Assembly (NCBI GenBank): GCA_964016885.1
Contig: OZ024756.1
Location: 9,052,001-9,116,000, forward strand
DNA: 64,000 nt
Reading direction: 5' to 3'
Source: Eledone cirrhosa
Lineage: Eukaryota
Below, in pieces: positions 24,943-38,389 of the stretch. A program made the position numbers and the translations under genes. The notes under the pieces were generated by a model. That model ran no database searches. It saw only the letters and a program-made list of their open reading frames with translations, and was not told the DNA's origin. Numbering within the stretch: the first letter of the stretch is position 1; every line of letters starts with the position of its first letter.

Positions 24943-25249
24943 TGAACTTACAGTCTTAATTAAGTGATTTACTGTCAGATTTTAATAAAGTTACAGTCAT
25001 AACTATATAGACTTACGAGCAACTCCCTTACGAGATTAAGGAGTTGCTCGAAGTAGAGCTGCAAAGTCTTCGCATCGAGAGATCACAGATCTGGTACTAT
25101 TGAAGATGTGGTTAGAATGTCTAAGAAAAGAATTACAGGACAGATTTCATGGAGCAAAGTCAAATGGAAAAAGACCCAGAGGTAGACTGCAAGGAAGATA
25201 GCTGGATAATAACCATAACCTCGGTTGGTTTTGCTTGGGAATCCAGTTG

Positions 25250-25900
25250 TATGAAGGTTTCAAAAAGTTCGTGGAAAAGGGACAGTTGGAAAAAACGGTT
25301 TAAGCTACAAACATCGATACCAGCCTTTAAGTCCATCTGTGTAAAACTGAGGGCCATTCGATTTAAACCATGTCAAAGCAGCTTTTTTTACATCTTCACC
25401 TGGGGATCATCTTCAACCTCATCTCTTCCACTTCTAAAACAACTTATCGATTTCTAGGTTGTTTATTTATTTGGGACATTGTCCCCATTCCTCTTCTAGT
25501 GTGTCCATGTAGGGGCTCCCAAAGGAGCACTGAGTGCAATGTCAACTCTGGATGTCGGTGAGCATGTCCAGCTAACCTCAGTCTCCTCTATGTCACTTTT
25601 GAGCTGACTTTTGGGATGCTCCCATACAGCTCTGAGTTTTTCATCCTCAGTGTATACTGATTAATGTATGTTGATGCCCTAAGGACAGACACTGGTCTGT
25701 TGGAGACGCAGGACATGGCAGCGATAAAGAGGGACAGAGACCGCTGGAGAGAACTCGTACATGGATCTCGGGAATTTTACCCGCCTTAGATAGATAGATA
25801 GATTGTCCCCATAAACTTGCTCCAGAGTGTCAATGATTTGGGTGCTCTTCCACCCTAGTTTCACCACAAATTTGATGTTTTGATGGAAGCCAAGTTGCCT
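25250..25900 (-). mobile_element. Internally deleted mariner-type DNA transposon remnant, interrupted by an RTE insertion
   Basis: Removing the insertion gives NIKFVVKLGWKSTQIIDTLEQVYGDNVP...FRSGRDEVEDDP (mariner HTH-like); TIR-like TATGAAGGTTTCAAAAAGTTCGTGGAAA near 25250. Confidence 0.7.
25489..25801 (+). mobile_element. 5'-inverted RTE 3' fragment with 11-bp target-site duplication
   Basis: TSD ATTGTCCCCAT at 25478-25488 and 25802-25812; 25489-25666 is antisense and 25667-25801 is sense with a (TAGA)n tail. Confidence 0.85.
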
Positions 25901-26659
25901 GAGCAGGTGCTGATTTCCAACAGGTGGCGCTGCGTTGTAACATGTATTTAAGGGTTCATGTTAGAACATGTTATGACATGTTAATATAAGAATATACAGG
26001 TGCTTTGATATCAAAATTGCTGCATACGATTTTTAGTTATGTACTTTTTCCACAAACATTTTGAAGCCCTTTCATGTTTAAAGATGGTTGCTTCTGTTAG
26101 GATCCCCCCCCCCCACCCACACACACACGTGTATATATACACACACTCATAAAAATACATAAAAAATTCACAGAAACACAGGTATATATAGACACACACA
26201 CACACAAACACACACACACGCACACAAACACACACAAACAGACACACACACATACGATGGAGAAGTAAAATGACACACACCCACAGAAACACATGTATAC
26301 ACACACACACAGACACACACACACACACACGCGCGCGCACATACAAAGGAGAAGTAAAATGACACACCCACAAAATGCACTCCAACTACACAGAGTTAGC
26401 ATTAGTAATGATACAACTGGTAACTCCCCCTCGGGCCCCACTCAGAGGTGTAACAAAATAGCTCCCATGGCAAACATTGAAATTACAGCCCTGCCCCTGT
26501 AGCAAGCTATATAGTAGTTGTTAGACAATGGGATTGACAGAGCAGTTTAAATAAATGAGGGTTTAGGGTATTAAACTGTATTTTCATTTGTTCAAAGGTA
26601 TCATTTACACTTAAGTATATGTAAAGTATTGACAAAAGTATTAGTGTATTTAAAAGGAG

Positions 26660-29600
26660 AGATCTGAGTAATATTGATCTGTGTAATATTGATCTGTGAC
26701 AAATATTAAAGGGAGAGATCTGTGTAATATTGATCTGTGACATATATTAAAGGGAGAGATCTGTGTAATACTGATCTGTGACAAATATTAAAGGGAGAGA
26801 TCAGTGTGATACTGATCTGTGAAATATTGATGTGAGTAATATTGATCTGTGTAATATTGATCTATGACAAATATTAAAGGGAGTGGTCTGTGTAATATTG
26901 ATCTGTGACAAATATTAAAGGAAGTGATCTGTGTAATATTGATCTGTGACAAATATTAAAGGGAGAGATCTGTGTAATACTGATCTGTGACAAATATTAA
27001 AGGGAGTGATCTATGTAATATTGATCTGTGACAAATATTAAAGGGAGTGATCTATGTAATATTGATCTGTGACAAATATTAAAGTGAATGATCTGTGTAA
27101 TACTGATCTGTGACAAATATTAAAGGGAGTGATCTCTGTAATATTGATCTGTGACAAATATTAAAGGGAGTGGTCTGTGTAATATTGATCTGTGACAAAT
27201 ATTAAAGGGAGTGATCTGTGTAATATTGATCTGTGACAAATATTAAAGGGAGAGATCTGTGTAATATTGATCTGTGACAAATATTAAAGGGAGAGATCTG
27301 TGTAATATTGACCAGTGACAAATATTAAAGGGAGAGATCTGTGTAATACTGATCTGTGACAAATATTAAAGGGAGAGATCTGTGTAATACTGATCTGTGA
27401 CATATATTAAAGGGAGAGATCTGTGTAATACTGATCTGTGACAAATATTAAAGGGAGAGATCTGTGTAATACTGATCTGTGACAAATATTAAAGGGAGAG
27501 ATCTGTGTAATATTGATCTGTGACAAATATTAAAGGGAGTGATCTATGTAATATTGATCTGTGACAAATATTAAAGGAAGGGATCTATGTAATACTGATC
27601 TGTGACAAATATTAAAGGGAGTGATGTGTATAATATTGATCTGTGACAAATATTAAAGGGAGAGATCTGTGTAATATTGATCTGTGACAAATATTAAAGG
27701 GAGAGATCTGTGTAATATTGATCTGTGACAAATATTAAAGGGAGAGATCTGTGTAATATTGATCTGTGACAAATATTAAAGGGAGTGGTCTGTGTAATAT
27801 TGATCTGTGACAAATATTAAACGGAGGGATCTATGTAATACTGATCTGTGACAAATATTAAAGGGAGAGATCTGTGACAAATATTAAAGGGAGTGGTCTG
27901 TGTAATATTGATCTGTGACAAATATTAAAAGGAGGGATCTATGTAATACTGATCTGTGACAAATATTAAAGGGAGTGATCTGTGTAATACTGATCTGTGA
28001 CAAATATTAAAGGGAGAGATCTGTGTAATATTGATCTGTGACATATATTAAAGGGAGAGATCTGTGTAATACTGATCTGTGACAAATATTAAAGGGAGAG
28101 ATCTGTGTAATATTGTTCTGTGACAAATATTAAAGGGAGAGATCTGTGTAATATTGATCTGTGACAAATATTAAAGGGAGTGATCTGTGAAATATTGATC
28201 TGTGACAAATATTAAAGGGAGTGATCTGTGTAATATTGATCTGTGACAAATATTAAAGGGAGTGATCTGTGTTATACTGATCTGTAACAAATATTAAAGG
28301 GAGAGATCTGTGTAATATTGATGTGACAATATTAAAGTGAGTGATCTGTGACAATATTAAAGGGAGAGATCTGTGTAATATTGATCTGTGACAAATATTA
28401 AAGGGAGAGATCTGTGTAATACTGATCTGTAACAAATATTAAAGGGAGAGATCTGTGTAATATTGATGTGTGACAAATATTAAAGGGAGTGATCTGTGTT
28501 ATACTGATCTGTAACAAATATTAAAGGGAGAGATCTGTGTAATATTGATGTGTGACAAATATTAAAGGGAGTGATCTGTGTAATACTGATCTGTGACACA
28601 TATTAAAGGGAGTGATCTGTGTAATATTGATGTGTGACAAATATTAAAGGTAGTGATCTGTGTAATATTGATCTGTGACACATATTAAAGGGAGAGATCT
28701 GTGTAATATTGATGTGTGACAAATATTAAAGGGAGTGATCTGTGTAATACTGATCTGTGACACATATTAAAGGGAGAGATCTGTGTAATATTGATGTGTG
28801 ACAAATATTAAAGGTAGTGATCTGTGTAATATTGATCTGTGACACATATTAAAGGGAGTGATCTGTGTAATATTGATGTGTGACAAATATTAAAGGTAGT
28901 GATCTGTGTAATATTGATCTGTGACAAATATTAAAGGGAGTGATCTATGTAATATTGATGTGTGACAAATATTAAAGGGAGTGATCTGTGTAATACTGAT
29001 CTGTGACAAATATTAAAGGGAGTGATCTATTTAATATTGATCTGTGACATATATTAAAGGAAGGGATCTGTGTAATACTGATCTGTGACAAATATTAAAG
29101 GGAGTGATCTGTGTAATACTGATCTGTGACAAATATTAAAGGGAGTGATCTGTGCAATAGTGATCTGTGACAAATATTAAAGGGAGAGATCTGTGTAATA
29201 TTGATCTGTGACAAATATTAAGGGAGAGATCTGTGTAATACTGATCTGTGACAAATATTAAAGTGAGAGATCTGTGTAATACTGATCTGTGACATATATT
29301 AAAGGGAGAGATCTGTGTAATATTGATCTGTGACAAATATTAAAGGGAGTGATCTCTGTAATATTGATCTGTCACAAACATTAAAGTTAATGATCTGTGT
29401 AATACTGATCTGTGACAAATATTAAAGGGAGTGATCTGTGTAATATTGATCTGTGACATATATTAAAGGGAGAGATCTGTGTAATATTGATCTGTGACAA
29501 ATATTAAAGGGAGTGATCTGTGTAATATTGATCTGTGACAAATATTAAAGGGAGAGATCTGTGTAATATTGATGTGTGACAAATATTAAAGGGTGAGATC

Positions 29601-32600
29601 TGTGTAATATTGATCTGTGACATATATTAAAGGTAGTGATCTGTGTAATACTGATCTGTGACAAATATTAAAGGGAGAGATCTGTGTAATATCTGTGACA
29701 AATATTAAAGGGAGTGGTCTGTGTAATACTGATCTGTGACAAATATTAAAGGGAGAGATCTGTGTAATACTGATCTGTGACAAATATTAAAGGGAGAGAT
29801 CTGTGTAATACTGATCTGTGACAAATATTAAAGGGAGAGATCTGTGTAATACTGATCTGTGACAAATATTAAAGGGAGAGGTCTGTGTAATACTGATCTG
29901 TGACAAATATTAAAGGGAGTGATCTGTGTAATACTGATCTGTGACAAATATTATAGGGAGTGATCTGTGTAATACTGATCTGTAACAAATATTAAAGGCA
30001 GTGATCTGTGTAATATTGATCTGTGACAAATATTAAAGGGAGTGATCTATGTAATATTGATCTGTGACAAATATAAAAGGGAGTGATCTGTGACAAATAT
30101 TAAAGAGATTAATCTGTGTAATATTGATCTGTCACAAATATTAAAGTTAGTGATCTGTGTAATATTGATCTGTGACAAATATTAATGAGATTGATCTGTG
30201 TAATATTGATCTGTCACAAATATTAAAGTTAGTGATCTGTGTAATACTGATCTGTGACAAATATTAAAGGGAGGCATCTGTGTAATATTGCTCTGTGACA
30301 AATATTAAAGGGAGGGATCTGTGTAATATTGCTCTGTGACAAATATTAAAGGGAGAGATCTATGTAATACTGATCAGTGACAAATATTAAAGGGAGTGAT
30401 CTGTGTAATACTGATCTGTGACAAATATTAAAGGGAGTGATCTGTGTAATATTGATCTGTGACAAATATTAAAGGGAGGGATCTGTGTAATATTGATCTG
30501 TGACAAATATTAAAGGCAGTGATCTGTGTAATATTGATCTGTGACAAATATTAAAGGCAGTGATTTGTTAATACTGATCTGTGACATATATTAAAGGGAG
30601 TGGTCGGTGTAATACTGATCTGTGACAAATATTAAAGGGAGGGATCTGTGTAATATTGCTCTGTGACAAATATTAAAGGGAGTGGTCTGTGTAATATTGA
30701 TCTGTGACAAATATTAAAGGGAGGGATCTGTGTAATATTGATCTGTGACAAATATTGAAGGGAGTGATCTGTGTAATACTGATCTGTGACAAATATTAAA
30801 GGGAGTGATCTGTGTAATACTGATCTGTGACAAATATTAAAGGGAGTGATCTGTGTAATACTGATCTGTGACAAATATTAAAGAGAGTGATCTGTGTAAT
30901 ATTGATCTGTGACATAAATTAAAGGGAGTGATCTGTGTAATATTGATCTGTGACAAATATTAAAGGGAGTGATCTGTGTAATACTGATCTGTGACATATT
31001 AAAGGGAGTGATCTGTGTAATATTGATCTGTGACAAATATTAAAGGGAGAGATCTGTGTAATATTGATCTGTGACAAATATTAAAGGGAGAGATCTGTGT
31101 AATATTGATCTGTGACAAATATTAAAGGCAGTGATCTGTGTAATACTGATCTGTGACAAATATTAAAGGGAGTGATTTGTTAATACTGATCTGTGACAAA
31201 TATTAAAGGGAGTGGTCTGTGTAATACTGATCTGTGACAAATATTAAAGGGAGAGATCTGTGTAATACTGATCTGTGACAAATATTAAAGGGAGGGATCG
31301 GTGTAATATTGCTCTGTGACAAATATTAAAGGGAGAGATCTGTGTAATACTGATTTGTGACAAATATTAAAGGGAGTGATCTGTGTAATATTGCTCTGTG
31401 ACAAATATTAAAGGGAGAGATCTATGTAATACTGATCAGTGACAAATATTAAAGGGAGTGATCTGTGTAATACTGATCTGTGACAAATATTAAAGGGAGG
31501 GATCTGTGTAATATTGATGTGTGACAAATATTAAAGGGAGGGATCTGTGTAATACTGACCTGTGACAAATATTAAAGGCAGTGATCTGTGTAATATTGAT
31601 GTGTGACAAATATTAAAGGGCGAGATCTGTGTAATATTGATCTGTGACAAATATTAAAGGGAGTGATCTGTGTAATATTGATCTGTGACAAATATTAAAG
31701 GGAGAGATCTATGTAATACTGATCAGTGACAAATATTAAAGGGAGTGATCTGTGTAATACTGATCTGTGACAAATATTAAAGGGAGGGATCTGTGTAATA
31801 TTGATGTGTGACAAATATTAAAGGGAGTGATCTGTGTAATACTGACCTGTGACAAATATTAAAGGCAGTGATCTGTGTAATATTGATGTGTGACAAATAT
31901 TAAAGGGCGAGATCTGTGTAATATTGATCTGTGACAAATATTAAAGGGAGTGATCTGTGTAATATTGATCTGTGACAAATATTAAAGGGAGAGATCTGTG
32001 TAATACTGATCTGTGACAAATATTAAAGGGAGGGATCTGTGTAATATTGATCTGTGACAAATATTAAAGGCAGTGATCTGTGTAATATTTATCTTTGACA
32101 AATATTAAAGGCAGTGATTTGTTAATACTGATCTGTGACAAATATTAAAGGGAGTGGTCTGTGTAATACTGATCTGTGACATATATTAAAGGGAGTGATC
32201 TGTCACAAATATTAAAGGGAGAGATCTGTGTAATACTGATGTGTGATAAATATTAAAGGGAGTGATCTGTGTAATACTGATCTGTGACAAATATTAAAGG
32301 GAGAGATCTGTGTCATACTGTTCTGTGACATATATTAAAGGGAGTGATCTGTGTAATATTGATCTGTGTCAAATATTAAAGGGAGAGATTTGTGTAATAT
32401 TGATCTGTGACAAATATTAAAGGGAGAGATCTGTGTAATATTGATCTGTGATAAATATTAAAGGGAGGGATCTGTGTAATATTGATCTGTGTCAAATATT
32501 AAAGGGAGTGGTCTGTGTAATACTGATCTGTGACATATATTAAAGGGAGTGATCTGTGTAATATTGATCTGTGACAAATATTAAAGGGAGGGATCTGTGT

Positions 32601-35220
32601 AATATTGATCTGTGACAAATATTAAAGGGAGGGATCTGTGTAATATTGATCTGTGACAAATATTAAAGGGAGTGATCTATGTAATATTGATCTGTGACAA
32701 ATATTTAATTGAGTGATCTATGTAATATTGATCTGTGACAAATATTAAAGGGAGGGATCTGTGTAATATCGATCTGTGACAAATATTAAAGGGAGTGATC
32801 TGTGTAATACTGATCTGTGACAAATATTAAAGGGAGAGATCTGTGTAATACTGATCTGTGACAAATATTAAAGGGAGTGATCTGTGTAATACTGATCTGT
32901 GACAAATATTAAAGGGAGAGATCTGTGTAATACTGATCTGTGACAAATATTAAAGGGAGAGATCTGTGTAATACTGATCTGTGACAAATATTAAAGGGAG
33001 AGATCTGTGTAATATTGATCTGTGACAAATATTAAAGGGAGTGATCTGTGTAATACTGATCTGTGACAAATATTAAAGGGAGTGATCTGTGTAATACTGA
33101 TCTGTGACAAATATTAAAGGGAGGGATCTGTGTAATATTGATGTGTGACAAATATTAAAGGGAGTGATCTGTGTAATACTGACCTGTGACAAATATTAAA
33201 GGCAGTGATCTGTGTAATATTGATGTGTGACAAATATTAAAGGGCGAGATCTGTGTAATATTGATCTGTGACAAATATTAAAGGGAGTGATCTGTGTAAT
33301 ATTGATCTGTGACAAATATTAAAGGGAGAGATCTGTGTAATACTGATCTGTGACAAATATTAAAGGGAGGGATCTGTGTAATATTGATCTGTGACAAATA
33401 TTAAAGGCAGTGATCTGTGTAATATTTATCTTTGACAAATATTAAAGGCAGTGATTTGTTAATACTGATCTGTGACAAATATTAAAGGGAGTGGTCTGTG
33501 TAATACTGATCTGTGACATATATTAAAGGGAGTGATCTGTCACAAATATTAAAGGGAGAGATCTGTGTAATACTGATGTGTGATAAATATTAAAGGGAGT
33601 GATCTGTGTAATACTGATCTGTGACAAATATTAAAGGGAGAGATCTGTGTCATACTGTTCTGTGACATATATTAAAGGGAGTGATCTGTGTAATATTGAT
33701 CTGTGTCAAATATTAAAGGGAGAGATTTGTGTAATATTGATCTGTGACAAATATTAAAGGGAGAGATCTGTGTAATATTGATCTGTGACAAATATTAAAG
33801 GGAGGGATCTGTGTAATATTGATCTGTGTCAAATATTAAAGGGAGTGGTCTGTGTAATACTGATCTGTGACATATATTAAAGGGAGTGATCTGTGTAATA
33901 TTGATCTGTGACAAATATTAAAGGGAGGGATCTGTGTAATATTGATCTGTGACAAATATTAAAGGGAGGGATCTGTGTAATATTGATCTGTGACAAATAT
34001 TAAAGGGAGTGATCTATGTAATATTGATCTGTGACAAATATTTAATTGAGTGATCTATGTAATATTGATCTGTGACAAATATTAAAGGGAGGGATCTGTG
34101 TAATATCGATCTGTGACAAATATTAAAGGGAGTGATCTGTGTAATACTGATCTGTGACAAATATTAAAGGGAGAGATCTGTGTAATACTGATCTGTGACA
34201 AATATTAAAGGGAGTGATCTGTGTAATACTGATCTGTGACAAATATTAAAGGGAGAGATCTGTGTAATACTGATCTGTGACAAATATTAAAGGGAGAGAT
34301 CTGTGTAATACTGATCTGTGACAAATGTTAAAGGGAGAGATCTGTGTAATATTGATCTGTGACAAATATTAAAGGGAGTGATCTGTGTAATACTGATCTG
34401 TGACAAATATTAAAGGGAGTGATCTGTGTAATACTGATCTGTGACAAATATTAAAGGGAGAGATCTGTGTAATACTGATCTGTGACATATATTAAAGGGA
34501 GAGATCTGTGTAATACTGATCTGTGACAAATATTAAAGGGAGAGATCTGTGTAATACTGATCTGTGACATATATTAAAGGGAGAGATCTGTGTAATACTG
34601 ATGTGTGACAAATATTAAAGGTAGTGATCTGTGTAATATTGATCTGTGACAATATTAAAGGGAGTGATCTGTGTAATATTGATCTGTGTCAAATATTAAA
34701 GGGAGTGATTTGTTAATACTGATCTGTGACAAATATTAAAGGGAGTGATCTGTGTAATATTGATCTGTGTCAAATATTAAAGGGAGTGATCTGTGTAATA
34801 CTGATCTGTGACAAATATTAAAGGGAGTGATCTGTGTAATACTGATCTGTGACATATATTAAAGGGATTGATCTGTGTAATATTGATCTGTGACAAATAT
34901 TAAAGGGAAAGATCTGTGTAATACTGATCTGTGACATATATTAAAGGGATTGATCTGTGTAATATTGATCTGTGACAAATATTAAGGAAAGATCTGTGTA
35001 ATACTGATCTGTGACATATATTAAAGGGAGGGATCTGTGTAATATTGATCTGTGACAAATATTAAAGTGAGGGATCTGTGTAATATTGATCTGTGACAAA
35101 TATTAAAGGGAGTGATCTGTGTAATACTGATCTGTGACAAATATTAAAGGGAGTGATCTGTGTAATACTGTTCTGTGACAAATATTAAAGGGAGTGATCT
35201 GTGTAATATTGATCTGTGAT
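26660..35220. repeat. 41-bp tandem satellite (GATCTGTGTAATATTGATCTGTGACAAATATTAAAGGGAGT), about 205-210 copies
   Basis: Direct reading; fills most of protocadherin intron 2. Confidence 0.98.
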
Positions 35221-35372
35221 AAATTTGATGCTGTGATGTTATGTGCAATGTTAGGAGTCGTAGAGTAAGAAATTTTAATGGTATTTCTATTAAAAATTTT
35301 ACTATGTTTATGTGCTGGGGGGAAATGCTTCATAATAAAGGAGAGAAAGTTCTTAGCTAATGGTGTGACCAA
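35221..35372 (-). mobile_element. Penelope-like element ORF fragment
   Basis: KNFLSFIMKHFPPAHKHSKIFNRNTIKISYS matches the post-RT region of Penelope-like ORFs; a homologous motif occurs at about 41050-41145. Confidence 0.75.
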
Positions 35373-35991
35373 ATTATATGGTGGGTCGGGATCTATATAA
35401 TGCGTCGGGATCTATTTTTCCTAGGTGTATTCTCATACTCTGTATATGCTACCTCATGAACAAATCCACTCCGATCAAGAGCTTCATTGTAATATGTGGA
35501 ATGGTCGGTGAAAATATGCTCGTTTGTAGATAGACGGGAAAGCCTCAAAGAAACGTTTCTTACCAGGTTCCTGGTTATGCTGGCAGGATGGTTAGAATGC
35601 TTACTTATGTAATTAAGAGTATCATTTGGTTTCCTAAATAGAATTTTAGTCTACGACTTCAGTTATACCATAAACGTGGTTTTGTCTTTATGTGTAATTG
35701 TTCTCACGCTCCACATATGACGCATTATCTTCGTTTTTTCCGTTCATTGCCAGAGAACGTCTCTATGAACCACCTAATAGAATATTAGTCTACGACTTCA
35801 TTTATACCATAAACGTGGTTTTGTCTTTGCGTGTAATTGTTTTCACCGCTCCACATAATGATGTATTATCTTCGTTTTTTCCGTTCTTTGCCAGGAAACG
35901 TTTCCACGAACCAAAGTATCGTCTTCCTGTCTTCCTCCGGTTGCAACGTTTTTCGAAATATTTACTTCTGCGTTCACAGATTGATTTTTTT

Positions 35992-36042
35992 AGTTTCAGA
36001 AGATCTCGTTAAGGGTGAAAGCAGCGATTCTTTGCTTAAACT
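35992..36042 (+). ncRNA. Degenerate type I hammerhead motif (core CAGAAGA)
   Basis: AGTTT-CAGAAGA-TCTC-GTTAA-GGGT-GAAA-GCA...TGC-TT-AAACT; the core U is replaced by A. Confidence 0.45.
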
Positions 36043-36058
36043 TTAATCTGTTATTTTA

Positions 36059-36104
<46 letters not shown>

Positions 36105-36195
36105 ATAATAATAATAAATGTAAAGACTAAAATCCGAAGAGGGCTCGATAAGGGTAATATATATATAAAAATATATAAAACCATAGAGCAAATAT

Positions 36196-36324
36196 TTATT
36201 AAAATAACAGATTAAAGTTTAAGCAAAGAATTGCTGCTTTCACCCTTAACGGGATCTTCAGAAGATCCCGTTAAAGGTGAAAGCAACGATTCTTTGCTTA
36301 AACTTTAATCTCTTATTTTAATAA
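36196..36324. repeat. About 128-bp palindrome built from the hammerhead-like segment at 35997-36060
   Basis: Arms meet at GATCTTC-A-GAAGATC, centre 36260. Confidence 0.9.
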
Positions 36325-36481
36325 GTATATATATATATATATATATATATCATTATACATTATTCTATTTAGTAAAATAAAATATATTCTTTTTTTTATG
36401 AAATATAATTACAAATGAAAATTATAATTACAAATTATGAATATCATTTAACAAAATATAATTTGTTTGTTTTATTTTCAG

Positions 36482-37005
36482 GTATGGCTGAAAACCTCGC
36501 CTCATCATCACAGTGTACAATACCATTACTGAATTACCATCAGAAAAGCAATACGGCTCCAGTCTCACAACCATCTAAAGAAAATGGTTTCAAACCAAAC
36601 CAAAGGAGTTCCTTTAAACCAAATACTTCATCTCAACATTCTCCCATGAATAATTTAAGATCTAATCATCCCTCCCCATTAATAAATTCCAAAATGCAAC
36701 AAGAAAACATATATGAACAACTCCCTGACTCTACCTCACATCGAGTTCAACCTACTACACCTTACTCCCTTGTGGCTATTCCCCTTGCTACAATTCCAAA
36801 CAAACAACATTATCCATTTGTACAGTCACAATTAATGACAAAACAACAAGTGGTAAGTTGTGTAGCTAATTTATCTCAAGCTGACTGCTCCCTTTATGAA
36901 AATCAAAGCTCTTCTTCAACTGATAGCTGTCATCTATTAGATGGAATTAAAAGGCATACATTTGGTGATCACAGTCAATTCATATTAAAAGATGTTATAG
37001 TATGA
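36482..37005 (+). CDS. Protocadherin terminal coding exon 3
   Basis: Acceptor TTTTATTTTCAG at 36481, phase 1 (A+GT = Ser). Ser/Pro/Gln/Asn-rich tail with ENIYEQL, ending KDVIV-stop. The joined CDS is 3345 nt (1114 aa). Confidence 0.82.
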
Positions 37006-37623
37006 ATTCATTTCTACTAAATTCCTTATTTGCTTATAAGGATGAAGTTTTCTTAAAATATGTAAAAGTAAACCTGAAACTGTCCCAGAATATACAGAGT
37101 TTCGGATTATTCTCTGTATGAACCAAATCAGAAGCTGTGGTCACTCATAACCAACTGAGAAACATTATTCAGAAAACCTGCTCTTAATAAGAATGTGTGT
37201 TTTCACAATGATATTGGGGCAATAATGTTTTTTGGGTTTTTTGTTTTTTTTTAATTGTCCTTTAAAGTATCCAGGTTTTAAAAATAGCCTTGTTTGAGGA
37301 TATATCTTGAAGCTGGCAGGGCCAGTCTCCAACTTTTATGTAACTCTCTCCCAATATGTTATGTGTTATGGCTTTTACATCCAAGTAAAATGAAAGATAT
37401 ATTTACAATATGGAAGCTTGCACAGCCAAATAACTAACCAATCACAGCCTGGAAATATTAATGCCCCAGTCCAGTGCAATATCATAAACTGGAAAAATAA
37501 TTTGAAACAAAATCAGAAAAATTACTTTAAAAATGGGGGAAACTATTAATAATTTGATATAAAAAGTGGTGTGTTCGGGCGCAGAGATGTTATAAAATAG
37601 CTTATAAAATAAGTTGAAAACCC

Positions 37624-37802
37624 TTAACCCTTTAGTATTTAAACCAGCTAGAATTCTCTCACCTCTTTCTGTTCAAACTAGCTATAACTGACTGCTCATA
37701 CTGATGTTGAGGTATTGTTCTGTGAGATAATTATTTGAGATAAAGTGTTTACTGTGAAAATGCAATAGTAAATATAGAGTAATGTAAATGGTAAAGGGTT
37801 AA
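37624..37802. mobile_element. TTAA-bounded MITE, same family as 24714-24942
   Basis: TTAACCCTTTAG...GTAAAGGGTTAA. Confidence 0.75.
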
Positions 37803-38098
37803 AGATGGAAGAATAAGTTGCCATCAGCTGTTATGAGGAATTGAACCCATATCTCCCAGACACTGGCTAGACACTTTGAACCATTAGACGGAGGGGCTGT
37901 GACAACCCTTACTATCTTAAATCAGCAAGATTATATTTATTTTTGTTACTTTTATTCTTTTAAAGAACCCCTATTTAGGTTCATTTCTTCCTGAGTTCTT
38001 TGAACGCCGGAAGTCTGAGGAAGTGTCATTAAAAGAACTGCAATATTATCTAAAGAAAATATCACAGACTAGATGACAGGGGACCAATATGAATGGTA

Positions 38099-38375
38099 AT
38101 AACTGTTTCTACATTTGGCACAAGGCCAGCAATTTGAAGGGGGAGGGAAATTTGATTAAAGCAACCCCAGTGCATTTCTTGTACTTTATTTTATTGAACC
38201 CATTAGGATGAAAGGCAAAGCTAACCTGGGCGGGATTTGAATTCAGAACATAAAGGGGTGTAACAATATAATTGTTTCTACTTTAGGCACAAGGCCAGCA
38301 ATTACCCATTACTGGTACTTTATAATATAATGCAAAGCATTTTGTCAAATACTCTACCAATACTGCCAATCCACC
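38099..38375 (-). mobile_element. Two diverged SINE copies
   Basis: GGCACAAGGCCAGCAATT and GGATGAAAGGCAAAG motifs. Confidence 0.75.
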
Positions 38376-38389
38376 ACCCTTGACCTCTT

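Noticed and set aside
36415-36481. Stand-alone 196-aa gene starting at 36415
   Set aside because: The first 22 codons are an AT-rich intron end; the rest fits as protocadherin exon 3.
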